Below, piece by piece: positions 9,479-18,683 of a stretch of DNA of 64,000 bases. The translations under genes were made by a program, and so were the position numbers. The DNA is from Planctomycetaceae bacterium (GTDB lineage: Bacteria; Planctomycetota; Planctomycetia; Pirellulales; UBA1268), in assembly GCA_011523305.1 (NCBI GenBank), contig WTHB01000177.1, positions 3,005 through 67,004 on the forward strand, written 5' to 3'. How positions within the stretch are numbered: position 1 is the first letter of the stretch; each line of letters begins with the position of its first letter. The notes beneath the pieces were generated by a model that made no database searches, was not told the DNA's origin, and saw only the letters and a list, made by a program, of their open reading frames with translations.

Positions 9479-10849
9479 TCAGCCTCGCCCAGCCGTCACC
9501 TGCTTGAGTGCCGCCAGGGCCAGTTTGCGAGCTTCGGCATGATCCACAATCGGTTCGGGGTAGTCCGTCCCGCGGTCAACCCAGTGATCAATGTATGCCT
9601 CATCGGGATCAAACTTCTGCTGCTGACTGGTCGGATTGAAGATGCGAAAGTAGGGGGCCGCATCAGCCCCGCAGCCTGCAGCCCACTGCCAGCCGAGGGT
9701 GTTGGCGGCGAGATCGGCATCGACCAGCGTGTCCCAAAACCAGCGGGCACCTTCCAGCCAGGAAATTCGCAGGTCCTTCACCAGGAAACTGGCCACAATC
9801 ATCCGCACCCGGTTGTGCATCCAGCCGGTGGCCCAGAGTTGCCGCATGCCGGCATCGACAATCGGAAAACCGGTTCGTCCGCGTTGCCAAGCTCGCAGGC
9901 CGACCGGATCCTCCACCCAAGGGAAGCGGGCATAGTCCGCCCGCAAGGGAGCCTCCGGCGTCTGGGGAAAGTGATAGAGCAGATGGTTGGCAAACTCCCG
10001 CCAGCCAAGTTCCCGTAGATAGACCTCAGGGCTGCCGGTGAGTTTCGCGGCGGGCTTCCCCTCGGCCGCATGTCGCACCGCATGCCAGACTCGCCGTGGC
10101 GAGATCTCACCGAAGTGCAGAGAGGGCGAGAGGCTGCTGGTCCCCATCTGGTCCGGCCGATCACGGCCATCGCCGTAGTCGGCAAGTCCCCGCGCAAGAA
10201 ATGCCTTGAGTCGTTTTTTGGCCCCATCCTCGCCGGGCGTCCAGGTTTGCTCCATGGTGCCAGCCCAGGCGATCGACGGCAGCAGACCGAGCGAATCAAT
10301 CGTGACGGATTTCAGCTTCTTCCCGGTCGTTGCCTGCAGTTTTCGCGGCGCCGCCGCCGGCTCGGCGGGCTCCTCCCGGGCGAGCAAGGCCCGCCAGAAG
10401 GGCGTGAACACCTGATAGGGCTTGCCCTGCTTGGTGGCGACATGGACGGGCTCATAGAGCAGGCTGCCGCCAAAACTTTCCACCGTCAGGTCAGCGGCGG
10501 CAAGCGTCTTTTTGATGGTGGTGTCCCGCTTGATGACCGCGGGCTCATAGCGGCGATTCCAGACAACATGGGTCGCGGCAGACTCATTGGCGAGCTTCTG
10601 CAACGCCTCACCTGTCGGTCCCCGCCGAATGACAAGCGGACAGCCAGCCTTCTCAAGACTGGCCGCCAATCGGTTCAGTGAGTGATGCAGCCACCACCGT
10701 GAAGCTGCCCCCGGCTGCCAGGGCGCCTCTTCCTCAGGCGCCCAGATGAACACCGGGACCACGCTTCCACGCGCCGCCGCCGCCAGCAGGGCGGGATTAT
10801 CATCAAGCCTGAGATCATGACGAAACCAGACGATCGTGACGGCAGCCAT
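9479..10849 (-). CDS. Deoxyribodipyrimidine photolyase / cryptochrome family protein
   Basis: ORF trimmed to the ATG at 10847-10849 (MAAVTIVWFRHDLRLDDNPAL). Motifs: GTSSLSPSLHFGEISPR, WREF, GFPIVDAGMRQLWATGWMHNRVRMIVASFL, WQWAAGCGADAAPYFRIFNP. Confidence 0.88.
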   Translation of the reverse strand: MAAVTIVWFRHDLRLDDNPALLAAAARGSVVPVFIWAPEEEAPWQPGAASRWWLHHSLNRLAASLEKAGCPLVIRRGPTGEALQKLANESAATHVVWNRRYEPAVIKRDTTIKKTLAAADLTVESFGGSLLYEPVHVATKQGKPYQVFTPFWRALLAREEPAEPAAAPRKLQATTGKKLKSVTIDSLGLLPSIAWAGTMEQTWTPGEDGAKKRLKAFLARGLADYGDGRDRPDQMGTSSLSPSLHFGEISPRRVWHAVRHAAEGKPAAKLTGSPEVYLRELGWREFANHLLYHFPQTPEAPLRADYARFPWVEDPVGLRAWQRGRTGFPIVDAGMRQLWATGWMHNRVRMIVASFLVKDLRISWLEGARWFWDTLVDADLAANTLGWQWAAGCGADAAPYFRIFNPTSQQQKFDPDEAYIDHWVDRGTDYPEPIVDHAEARKLALAALKQVTAGRG

Positions 10850-10973
10850 GGCACCATTCCCTGAGGCCCTGCGGAAAAAATCTCCTAAGAAGTCTACCAG
10901 TGTTGGGCTCACCAGAGGGACACCATGCCGCGGATCCGGCCACGTCCATGACCCTGCCGCCACTCCGACCCGT

Positions 10974-12434
10974 TCAGGTCAGCAGGTCGTGCACGACGTC
11001 ACCATGGACATCCGTCAACCGGAAGTCGCGGCCTTGAAAGCGGTAGGTGAGTTTGGTGTGATCGAACCCGAGCAGGTGCAAGAGCGTCGCCTGCAGATCA
11101 TGAATGTGCACCGGGTTCTCGGCTACTTTGAAGCCGAGTTCGTCCGTAGCCCCGTAGATCAGCCCTGGCTTCACTCCCCCGCCCGCCATCCAGACTGAAT
11201 AGCAGTCGGGGTAGTGATCGCGGCCGAGAATCTTGCTCTTGGAGGTGCGTCCCTCGCGGAACGGTGTGCGACCAAACTCACCGGTGCAGAGCACCAGCGT
11301 GTCCTCCAGCAGGCCCCGCTGTTCAAGGTCTTCAATCAGGGCTGCTGCCGGCCGATCAAAGGTGGCCCCTTTCTGCACCAGGCCATCCCCGATGCCCGTG
11401 TCAGGGGAAGTGCCGTGAAAATCCCACCCCCAGTCAAACAGGTGGACGAACCGCACGCCTTCCTCAACCAACCGCCGGGCCAGCAGGCAGTTGTTGGCCA
11501 GACTCGACCCACCTGGCGTGGCCCCGTAGGCCTCAAGGGTCTGTTTCGATTCTCGGGAGATATCCATCACTTCCGGCACACTCGCCTGCATCCGGTAGGC
11601 CAGTTCATACTGGGCGATGCGGGTGACGGTCTCAGGGTTCCCCAGTTCTTGGGCCTGCAACTGGTTGAGGTCATTGAGGGCATCCAGACTCTTCCGCCGT
11701 AACTGCCGATCCATGCCCGGCGGATTCGAGACGAAGAGGACCGGGTCGCCCTTCGAGCGACACTGCACTCCTTGGTAGACACTCGGCAAGAAGCCCGACC
11801 CGAAACTGCTGGTGCCCCCGTTGGGCTGCACCCCAGAGGAGATCAGCACGACAAAGCCAGGCAGGTTGGCATTCTCGCTGCCGAGGCCATAGGTAACCCA
11901 ACTGCCCAGGCTCGGCCGGCCAGCCCGGGGGCTGCCCGTATACACCAAGAGTTCGGCCGGTGCATGGTTGAACTGATCGGTATGCACGCTCCGCACCAGG
12001 CAGAGTTTGTCGGCAACCCGGTGCAGATGCGGAATCGCATCAGAGAGTTCCATCCCGCTCTCACCGCAGCGTTTCCACTGCCGCCGCGTGCCCAACAGTT
12101 TGGGGGTTCCACTGGTGAAGGCGAACTTCTTGCCCGCAATGGTCTCAGCCGGACAGTCTTCACCATCCCGCCTGAGCAGTTCCGGCTTGTGATCATAGAG
12201 ATCGAGGTTTGGCGGCGACCCGGTCAGGTGAATCACAATCATCCGCTTGGCCCGCGGCGCGAACTGTGGTGGCCGCATCGCCAGCGGATCGGCCAGTGAG
12301 GGCACGGGCGTGGTTGCACCGGCGGTGTCGCCAGCCAGCAAATCAGCCAGAGCAACAGCACCGATCCCGCCGGCCATGCTGCCGAGCAGATGGCGTCGGG
12401 TAGCAATGAGTTTCTGTTCAACAAGCGGGTTCAT
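10974..12434 (-). CDS. DUF1501 domain protein (Tat-exported, alkaline-phosphatase/sulfatase-superfamily-like)
   Basis: ATG at 12432-12434, 11 nt after the stop of the upstream PSCyt/DUF1553 gene; an alternative GTG lies at 12455. Twin-arginine leader ATRRHLLGSMAGGIGAVALA. C-terminal family hallmark GRDHYP ... LTYRFQGRDFRLTDVHG. Confidence 0.85.
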   Translation of the reverse strand: MNPLVEQKLIATRRHLLGSMAGGIGAVALADLLAGDTAGATTPVPSLADPLAMRPPQFAPRAKRMIVIHLTGSPPNLDLYDHKPELLRRDGEDCPAETIAGKKFAFTSGTPKLLGTRRQWKRCGESGMELSDAIPHLHRVADKLCLVRSVHTDQFNHAPAELLVYTGSPRAGRPSLGSWVTYGLGSENANLPGFVVLISSGVQPNGGTSSFGSGFLPSVYQGVQCRSKGDPVLFVSNPPGMDRQLRRKSLDALNDLNQLQAQELGNPETVTRIAQYELAYRMQASVPEVMDISRESKQTLEAYGATPGGSSLANNCLLARRLVEEGVRFVHLFDWGWDFHGTSPDTGIGDGLVQKGATFDRPAAALIEDLEQRGLLEDTLVLCTGEFGRTPFREGRTSKSKILGRDHYPDCYSVWMAGGGVKPGLIYGATDELGFKVAENPVHIHDLQATLLHLLGFDHTKLTYRFQGRDFRLTDVHGDVVHDLLT

Positions 12435-12445
12435 GCCAGGGCCCT

Positions 12446-14974
12446 CTACGGACACATGAAGGTTTCATCGAGGTTGAGCAGCACATTGCCCACAACCGTC
12501 CAGGCAGCCAGGGCGGCGGTCGCCTGGGTGACGTCACCGCCATAGTGATTGAGCAGGTCATCGGGCAGCGGCCCGAGCGGGTCGGTCGCCATGGCCTTGG
12601 CTGCCTTGGCATCGGCCATGAACTCGGCGATTGACTCTTCATACAGCTGGACCAGCCGCGTGAGTTCCTCCGGCCGCGGGTGGCGAGTGAGCACCAGCCG
12701 GAGCCCACGACCGGCCCGCTGGCTCGCCGTTGGGCCAGCCTCCCTGACCATGCGACGGGCCAGCCCCTGGGCGGCCTCGATGAAGGCCGGGTCATTGAGG
12801 GTAACGAGCGCCTGCAGCGGTGTATTGGTCCGCGGCCGGCGGATCGTGCAGACCTCTCGGTTAGGCGCATCGAAGGTGGCCATCGCCGGATAGGGGTTGC
12901 TCCGCCGCCAGGTTGTGTAGATCGCCCGCCGGTAGCGGTCTTCACCCGTGCTCGTTTTCCAGTCGATGCCCTGCCCAAAGGCCGCTTTCAAGCCGAGGTC
13001 GGGCTGGGGTGGATGCACACTCGGGCCACCCTTCTTGCCTGATAAAAGCCCCGCCGCGGCGAGGGCCTGATCGCGAATCACCTCGGCTGACAGCCGGACC
13101 CTGGGCCCACAGGCCAGCAGCCGATTCTCGGGGTCACGGGCCAGCAGGTCGGCCGTCGGCTTGGACGACTGCCGGTAGGTGGCACTGGTGACAATCAACC
13201 GCTGGATCGCCTGAATGTCCCAGCCGTTGGCGATCAGTTCACTCGCCAGCCAGTCGAGCAACGCTGGATGACTCGGCAATTCGCCCTGGCTCCCAAACTC
13301 TTCGCTGGTCGACACGATTCCGATGCCGAAGAGCCGCTCCCAGAGCCGATTGACCACCACACGGGCTGTCAGCGGATTGGCGGGGCTCACCAGCCAGCGG
13401 GCGAGGGCCAGCCGGTCAAGCCGCTGACCATCGGCCAGAACCGGCTGCGGGAAGACTGCTGGCGTCGTCTCTTCCACGACAGGGCCGAGGTCTTGCCAGT
13501 TGCCTCGATACTGCAGTTTGGTGATCCGCCGCTTTGCGCCCCGCAGTTCGGACATCACCGGTACGGTCACCGGCTTGATGCCAGCAAGCCGTTTTCGCAG
13601 GCGGTCGGCATGCTCCCGAAGTGGCCGCAACTCAGGCGGCTCACCCGCTGGCTGCAGCTGCTGCTTCGGCGTGGCCCGCTGCATCTCTGGAACTGCCTCG
13701 ATGATCTCAGCCAGTTGCTTTTCCAGCGGCCGCCGTTTGGCCTCGACCGGCTCCCAGGGCACAGTCAGCAGCGGTGACTCATCGCGACGGTCAGCATCAG
13801 CGGTATTGTTGAAAATCGCATAGATGCCGAAAAACTCTTTTTGCGTCAGCGGGTCATACTTGTGGTCATGGCACTGGGCACAGGCCATGGTGGTCCCCAT
13901 CCAGGTGCTCAGGGTCGTGCTCACCCGATCGACCACGGCGACGGTGCGAAACTCTTCGTCGATCGTCCCGCCTTCGTTGTTGGTCAGCGTGTTGCGATGA
14001 AACGCTGTGGCAATTTTGTCGTCGAGACTCGCCTCGGAAAGCAGGTCACCAGCCAGTTGTTTGATCGTGAACGCATCAAACGGCATGTTGGTGTCAAAGG
14101 CCCGAATGACCCAGTCACGATAGGCCCAGATCGTTCGCGGCGGGTCGTCGGCATAGCCGGCGCTATCGGCGTAGCGAGCCAGATCAAGCCAGCCACGGGC
14201 CATATGCTCGCCATAGCCGGGGTGAGTCAGCAGCCTATCCACGAGGCGCTCCACTGCATTCGGCGCTGCGTCAGCAACAAAGGCATCGGCTGCCTCTGGA
14301 CTGATCGGCAGGCCGGTCAGATCGAGTGCCAGCCGCCGGGCCAGGGTCACCCGGTCTGCCTCAGGGCTGGGCTGAAGGCCTTCGTCTTCCAGCCGCGCCA
14401 GGATGAACTGATCAATCGGATTGCGGGGCCAGTCTTCCTGCACCACCGCCGGCAGGTTCGGCCTGCTGATCGGCACATACGCCCAGTGTGGCTCGTACTC
14501 TGCACCCGCCGTGATCCAGCGGCGCAACAGATCGACCTCATGCGGCGAAAGCGGGTCGCCCGCTTCCGGTGGCGGCATCACCAGATCAGCATCAGTGTCG
14601 GTGATGCGAATGACAAGTTCGCTGGCCTCGGCGTCTCCCGGCACGATCGCGGCATAGCCCCCCAAGTCTTCCGTCGCCCCGGCGAAGGTATCAAGCCGCA
14701 GGCCGTGCTCACCGCCGCCATGGCGATCCTCTGCGTCGGGCCCGTGGCAACGGATGCAGCGATTGGAAAGAATGCCCTTGATGTCACGGGTAAATGACGG
14801 GGCATCGGCCGCCTTCACCACTTGGCCGTGGGCGATCCAACAGAGACTGACGCTGGCTGCGATCAGGTACCACCACCGTAAACAGTGCTTGTTCCGCTGA
14901 AGGTTCGCAAAGCTGTGCACCATTGGATTACTCCGTTGGAAAACACCCGCTTCGCCGCCAGGTGGACATGGCAT
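12446..14974 (-). CDS. PSCyt / DUF1549 / DUF1553 (PSD1-type) planctomycete cytochrome-c-domain protein
   Basis: 842 aa. N-terminal heme-binding site CIRCHGPD, then DUF1549-like ([34 protein letters not shown]) and a central [11 protein letters not shown] motif. DUF1553-like C-terminus ([28 protein letters not shown]). Confidence 0.85.
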   Translation of the reverse strand: MPCPPGGEAGVFQRSNPMVHSFANLQRNKHCLRWWYLIAASVSLCWIAHGQVVKAADAPSFTRDIKGILSNRCIRCHGPDAEDRHGGGEHGLRLDTFAGATEDLGGYAAIVPGDAEASELVIRITDTDADLVMPPPEAGDPLSPHEVDLLRRWITAGAEYEPHWAYVPISRPNLPAVVQEDWPRNPIDQFILARLEDEGLQPSPEADRVTLARRLALDLTGLPISPEAADAFVADAAPNAVERLVDRLLTHPGYGEHMARGWLDLARYADSAGYADDPPRTIWAYRDWVIRAFDTNMPFDAFTIKQLAGDLLSEASLDDKIATAFHRNTLTNNEGGTIDEEFRTVAVVDRVSTTLSTWMGTTMACAQCHDHKYDPLTQKEFFGIYAIFNNTADADRRDESPLLTVPWEPVEAKRRPLEKQLAEIIEAVPEMQRATPKQQLQPAGEPPELRPLREHADRLRKRLAGIKPVTVPVMSELRGAKRRITKLQYRGNWQDLGPVVEETTPAVFPQPVLADGQRLDRLALARWLVSPANPLTARVVVNRLWERLFGIGIVSTSEEFGSQGELPSHPALLDWLASELIANGWDIQAIQRLIVTSATYRQSSKPTADLLARDPENRLLACGPRVRLSAEVIRDQALAAAGLLSGKKGGPSVHPPQPDLGLKAAFGQGIDWKTSTGEDRYRRAIYTTWRRSNPYPAMATFDAPNREVCTIRRPRTNTPLQALVTLNDPAFIEAAQGLARRMVREAGPTASQRAGRGLRLVLTRHPRPEELTRLVQLYEESIAEFMADAKAAKAMATDPLGPLPDDLLNHYGGDVTQATAALAAWTVVGNVLLNLDETFMCP

Positions 14975-15204
14975 CCCGGCGCGGACCCAGAGGGGTCGAT
15001 CGGCGGATCATCAGGAAGGGGCGGAACGCTCGCTCCTCACGTCAATCTTACTGATCGGTCTGCCTGTGGCCAGAAATCAGGGAAAAAGGTCGTTTTCCCG
15101 CAGGACTGGCCAAATTCTGCAGTGCCCGCGTCGGTGACACAGAAAGCAGACGCTCTCTGTTTCACGAACTCAGCATGCCCAGTCCTGCCGGATCGGCATG
15201 CCCT

Positions 15205-17019
15205 TCACGGGCTGAGCTCCGCCTGGGCCGCACCGGCTGACTCGTTCCTGACCACCACTTCCCAGACCGTCGTGGTGCCGCTGGTCTCATTGCCAGCGAT
15301 GAGAAGATCCGTGCCAGTCGGCGAACAATCGGCGGGCACAAAGACCAAGCCTTCTGGCCCACTGTCACCAGCGGCCGGGTTCGCTGAGCCATCGGGGAGG
15401 GTGGGCTTCACCTCAAAATTCCGACTGGTGGAATACCCAACATACTGAGCTGCCTCTGGCTCGGTGATGTCGTAGACCACGATGCCACCGACCCGCTCAA
15501 GCCCGATGAATGCATAAGTGCGGCCATCGATTGCTCCAAGCACGAGGGCTTCGGGCTCCGGCCCCTTGCTCCGGCTCCGCTTTTCGCGTTTGAGACTGTC
15601 GTTGCTGACGTTGAAGAACGTCGGGAACCGCTCGGCCGTGACCCTTTCGAAGGCGTCGCCGCTGTCGAAGACGCGGTCCCCTGCCGCCAGATCAAAAACC
15701 GAGAACGACCGGCCTCCAAAACAGAACAATTTCGTGGGCCGTCCGTCGGCATCGAGGTGCCGGTCGACGAGATCCCGCACCAGTTTCAGTCTGCCAAGGT
15801 GGTCCTCGCTTGCATGCTCAGCGAACAGACTTCCTTCAACAGGCCACTCATCAAGACTGGCTTCATCATTGAAGAAGTCGCCTTCCGCAACTCCGGCCAC
15901 CGCACCGTCTTCCGTCGGCCGCACCCGGGAATCACCTTCGTTGGCAGTTACCAACAGCAGCCGATCACCTTGGCTGAACAGTCGAATCGCATCAGGCTGG
16001 TAGACTCCGTAGAGATTGGACCGAGGTTCAATCGCGATCTGCCCGTCCCTATCACTGACATCAAGCCCCATGCCCGGCTGCCCATGATCCTTGAAACCAA
16101 GCGGAATAATCCGCTGCACAACAGCGGCCGCAATATCGACCTCGGCAACCGCGTTGGTCTCCTGCAGGCAGACATAGGCTAGCCGGCTGTCCGGTGAAAT
16201 CGCGATCCACTCAGGTTCAACGTCTTCAGCAAAGGTCGCAGGCCGGCTCTGCTTCCCGGCCGCATCAAGGTTGACGCTCCCAAAGTGCCGCAACCCACGA
16301 TCCATCAACCCAGGCAGTTCCGCAGCCCGTGAGCCGTCGGCATTCCAGTCGCGAAAGGTCACGGTCTGCACCGATGCCGCATCAAGCCCGGCTGCCAGAT
16401 CGATGATAGTGACGGTTCCCTCAGGATCGACCGTCGCATCCTCGCTCGGCTCACCCTCATTGGCCACCAGCAGCCAACGACCGTCGGGGGAGAAGGCCAC
16501 CATATCGGGCAAGGCCCCGGCAGGAATGCACTGCTTCAGTTCCAAGGTGCTCGTGTCATACAACGCCACAGCCCCGGGGCCTGTCCGCGCCTCGGCCTCA
16601 ACTGCCACGGCGAGGGTTCCACCCGAAACGGCCACGCTGTTGGGAACACTCGCTGAGCCGCCACCAGCTACGGAAAGTTCGATGTGCCCGTCGGGGATAA
16701 GTTCACCATCGGCATTGACCGTAAGCACATCGATCTGGCCCGCCCGGGCATTGACCACGAACACGCGATGCGTGTGCGTGCAGAATGCCGGGATTTCGGC
16801 CGCCGATGCGTCATATGGGCCGGCCACATGGGAATCAAGTTGTCGTAAGACTGCCGGCTCTGCGGCCACACCTGATGCGACCGCCAACACACAGGCAAGT
16901 CCAAGCAACACGCCCCTACACCCTGATGCAAAACCCTTCGCCACGATTCCTTCTCCAATGCCACCAACGGTCCTACCTGACGCCCGCACCTTCACGACCA
17001 GCATCGACCTTTTAGCCAC
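15205..17019 (-). CDS. Choice-of-anchor-I-like beta-propeller protein (phytase / alkaline-phosphatase-like family)
   Basis: 604 aa with signal peptide. Motifs AEIPAFCTHTHRVFVVN, PDMVAFSPDGRWLLVANEGEP, PEGTVTIIDL, PEWIAISPDS, YQPDAIRLF and GPEGLVFVPA match my memory of the choice-of-anchor I family. The GTG start at 17017-17019 overlaps the upstream lipoprotein gene by 8 nt; an alternative ATG lies at 17004. Confidence 0.6.
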   Translation of the reverse strand: MAKRSMLVVKVRASGRTVGGIGEGIVAKGFASGCRGVLLGLACVLAVASGVAAEPAVLRQLDSHVAGPYDASAAEIPAFCTHTHRVFVVNARAGQIDVLTVNADGELIPDGHIELSVAGGGSASVPNSVAVSGGTLAVAVEAEARTGPGAVALYDTSTLELKQCIPAGALPDMVAFSPDGRWLLVANEGEPSEDATVDPEGTVTIIDLAAGLDAASVQTVTFRDWNADGSRAAELPGLMDRGLRHFGSVNLDAAGKQSRPATFAEDVEPEWIAISPDSRLAYVCLQETNAVAEVDIAAAVVQRIIPLGFKDHGQPGMGLDVSDRDGQIAIEPRSNLYGVYQPDAIRLFSQGDRLLLVTANEGDSRVRPTEDGAVAGVAEGDFFNDEASLDEWPVEGSLFAEHASEDHLGRLKLVRDLVDRHLDADGRPTKLFCFGGRSFSVFDLAAGDRVFDSGDAFERVTAERFPTFFNVSNDSLKREKRSRSKGPEPEALVLGAIDGRTYAFIGLERVGGIVVYDITEPEAAQYVGYSTSRNFEVKPTLPDGSANPAAGDSGPEGLVFVPADCSPTGTDLLIAGNETSGTTTVWEVVVRNESAGAAQAELSP

Positions 17020-17434
17020 GCTTCAACTTCACGAGGATGTCTCGGGCCGCCCCTTCGTCAAGCGTCACCGAAAGGTCAGAGTCCTCGTCATTCAGTTTTC
17101 GATACTTCGTTGGCACAACCCGCTGAAGCTTCCGCTGCTGAGGACTGTCATCAAAAACCAGATACACCTCGTACGCGCCGGGCAACACAGGTGCTTCCCC
17201 CGCTCCACCGGCCAGGACGAACGTTCCATCCTGGTTGATTTCCGCCGTGACGGGTCGCGACAAGCCACCCGCGGGCCGCAGCACGAGGGTTCCCGCTGTC
17301 AATGGTTTCCCATGCGGCAGCAAGACCTTGCCTGAGACTTCATCAAGGGCTTCAGCAACAGGGCCGGATGACCCGCAGCCGGTAGCGAGTGCGACACTGA
17401 CAATAGCTGCAAGAAAAACATAGGTCTTTTTCAT
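17012..17434 (-). CDS. Small lipoprotein with carboxypeptidase-regulatory-like beta-sandwich (usual partner of DUF1559 genes)
   Basis: 140 aa with lipobox MKKTYVFLAAIVSVALATGC. Core GKVLLPHGKPLTAGTLVLRP...INQDGTFVLAG...PGAYEVYL. Confidence 0.6.
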   Translation of the reverse strand: MKKTYVFLAAIVSVALATGCGSSGPVAEALDEVSGKVLLPHGKPLTAGTLVLRPAGGLSRPVTAEINQDGTFVLAGGAGEAPVLPGAYEVYLVFDDSPQQRKLQRVVPTKYRKLNDEDSDLSVTLDEGAARDILVKLKRG

Positions 17435-17500
17435 AGGTCAAATCCTTCGCTGTAATGCCATCAATGGAAAAAGAGCACAACCACACTCAACACCAACAAG

Positions 17501-17534
17501 GTGGGGCGGCGACCAACACGGCCGGCCGCCCCAC
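17501..17534 (-). terminator. Strong intra-operon hairpin (attenuator/terminator) after the DUF1559 gene
   Basis: Perfect 10-bp GC-rich stem gtggggcggc (17501-17510) / gccgccccac (17525-17534), 13 nt downstream of the DUF1559 stop. On the sense strand it is followed by CTTGTTGGTGTTG, which is only moderately U-rich. Confidence 0.5.
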
Positions 17535-17547
17535 GATGTTGCAGCTA

Positions 17548-18492
17548 TTAGTCGTTTCCATTCCGGGTCAGCGATGCCGCCCATGCGGCAGCCGAAACTC
17601 CCTCGTCGGCAAACGACACGGAACCATCGGCAAACAACGTTTGAATGCCACTAACATGCAAGCTCAGCGGCTCACTGTCGTTGTTGCAATTCATGATGCA
17701 TGTGCCATTCGGCGCACCAGTGTTCTTATCGTTGATGGTGCCATCGCTCAACAACGTTCCGTCCATCGAGCCTGCTCCACCATCGGGATCCGACCAGCCA
17801 TAACCCTCTGGCCGTGGCAGCAAGGCATTCTGGGTTTGCAGAACGCCACCCACTCGCCTCCAGTGATTTGGACGACTCGCACTTTCAACAACCAGACGAG
17901 TCTTACTAAATCCGTCGATGAACTCTTGCTCTGGTGTCGGGCCGTTCTTATCAAGTCCACCTGTCTTGTCGTCACCTGGATCGGGAAGTCCGTTTGCTAG
18001 GTAAAAACCCTGACGCACGCGATGGAACACCAGATAGTCGGAAGGCCCCATGATCTTCCCTTGTACTGCCGCTGGTGCACTTCCACCGGCTGCATACCGA
18101 ATTGAGTCAGCTGACGGGCAGACAAACACGGGGATCACAGTTTGACCAGCAGTCACATTTGCGGCAGTGGTCCAATGAGACGAGGTGTCATACGAATTGG
18201 CGAGGTTTCCTTCCTCGAAGTACTCAAGAAGGGCAGTGCACCAACTCATGTCCTCGTTGTTCGGACGCGATGACGGAAACGCCTTCTTTGCTGACATGTA
18301 ATTGTGAAAAGCAAGGCCGAGTTGCTTAAGGTTGTTCGAGCAACTAGCACGACGAGCTGCTTCACGGGCTGTCTGCACAGCAGGCAACAACAGACCAACC
18401 AACACGCCGATGATGGCGATGACAACCAGCAGTTCGATCAACGTAAAACCACGCTGGTGCGACCGCTGGGATCGATTCTGGAACTGAATCAC
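17548..18492 (-). CDS. DUF1559 protein with prepilin-type N-terminal cleavage/methylation domain (pseudopilin-like)
   Basis: GTG start with AAGGAG 7 nt upstream. The N-terminus [52 protein letters not shown] is the canonical planctomycete DUF1559 signature. The gene is visibly more AT-rich than its neighbours. Confidence 0.9.
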   Translation of the reverse strand: MIQFQNRSQRSHQRGFTLIELLVVIAIIGVLVGLLLPAVQTAREAARRASCSNNLKQLGLAFHNYMSAKKAFPSSRPNNEDMSWCTALLEYFEEGNLANSYDTSSHWTTAANVTAGQTVIPVFVCPSADSIRYAAGGSAPAAVQGKIMGPSDYLVFHRVRQGFYLANGLPDPGDDKTGGLDKNGPTPEQEFIDGFSKTRLVVESASRPNHWRRVGGVLQTQNALLPRPEGYGWSDPDGGAGSMDGTLLSDGTINDKNTGAPNGTCIMNCNNDSEPLSLHVSGIQTLFADGSVSFADEGVSAAAWAASLTRNGND

Positions 18493-18590
18493 GACGGACT
18501 CCTTGGATAGGGGTTTTCATGCGGTGCCTCGAAAGCGACCACGCGGCCACTGTCTTGCACGTCAGGAGTGTCGACACAGCAGGTAAGCGG

Positions 18591-18629
18591 ATTGTGAGCG
18601 GCTCATGAGAATTTCATGAGCGGCCACAA
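18591..18629. promoter_or_regulatory. Composite repeat/dyad element upstream of the DUF1559 operon (candidate operator)
   Basis: attgTGAGCGGCTCAtgagaatttcaTGAGCGGCcacaa. There is an 11-nt palindrome TGAGC-G-GCTCA at 18595-18605. TGAGCGGC is repeated directly at 18595-18602 and 18617-18624, 22 nt apart. TCATGAG occurs twice. Lies 100-135 nt upstream of the GTG at 18492. Confidence 0.4.
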
Positions 18630-18683
18630 GACGCTCTCCCGCAGGTAAAAACGCCTCGAAACATTCCCTGCCGCAGGCTTTCC

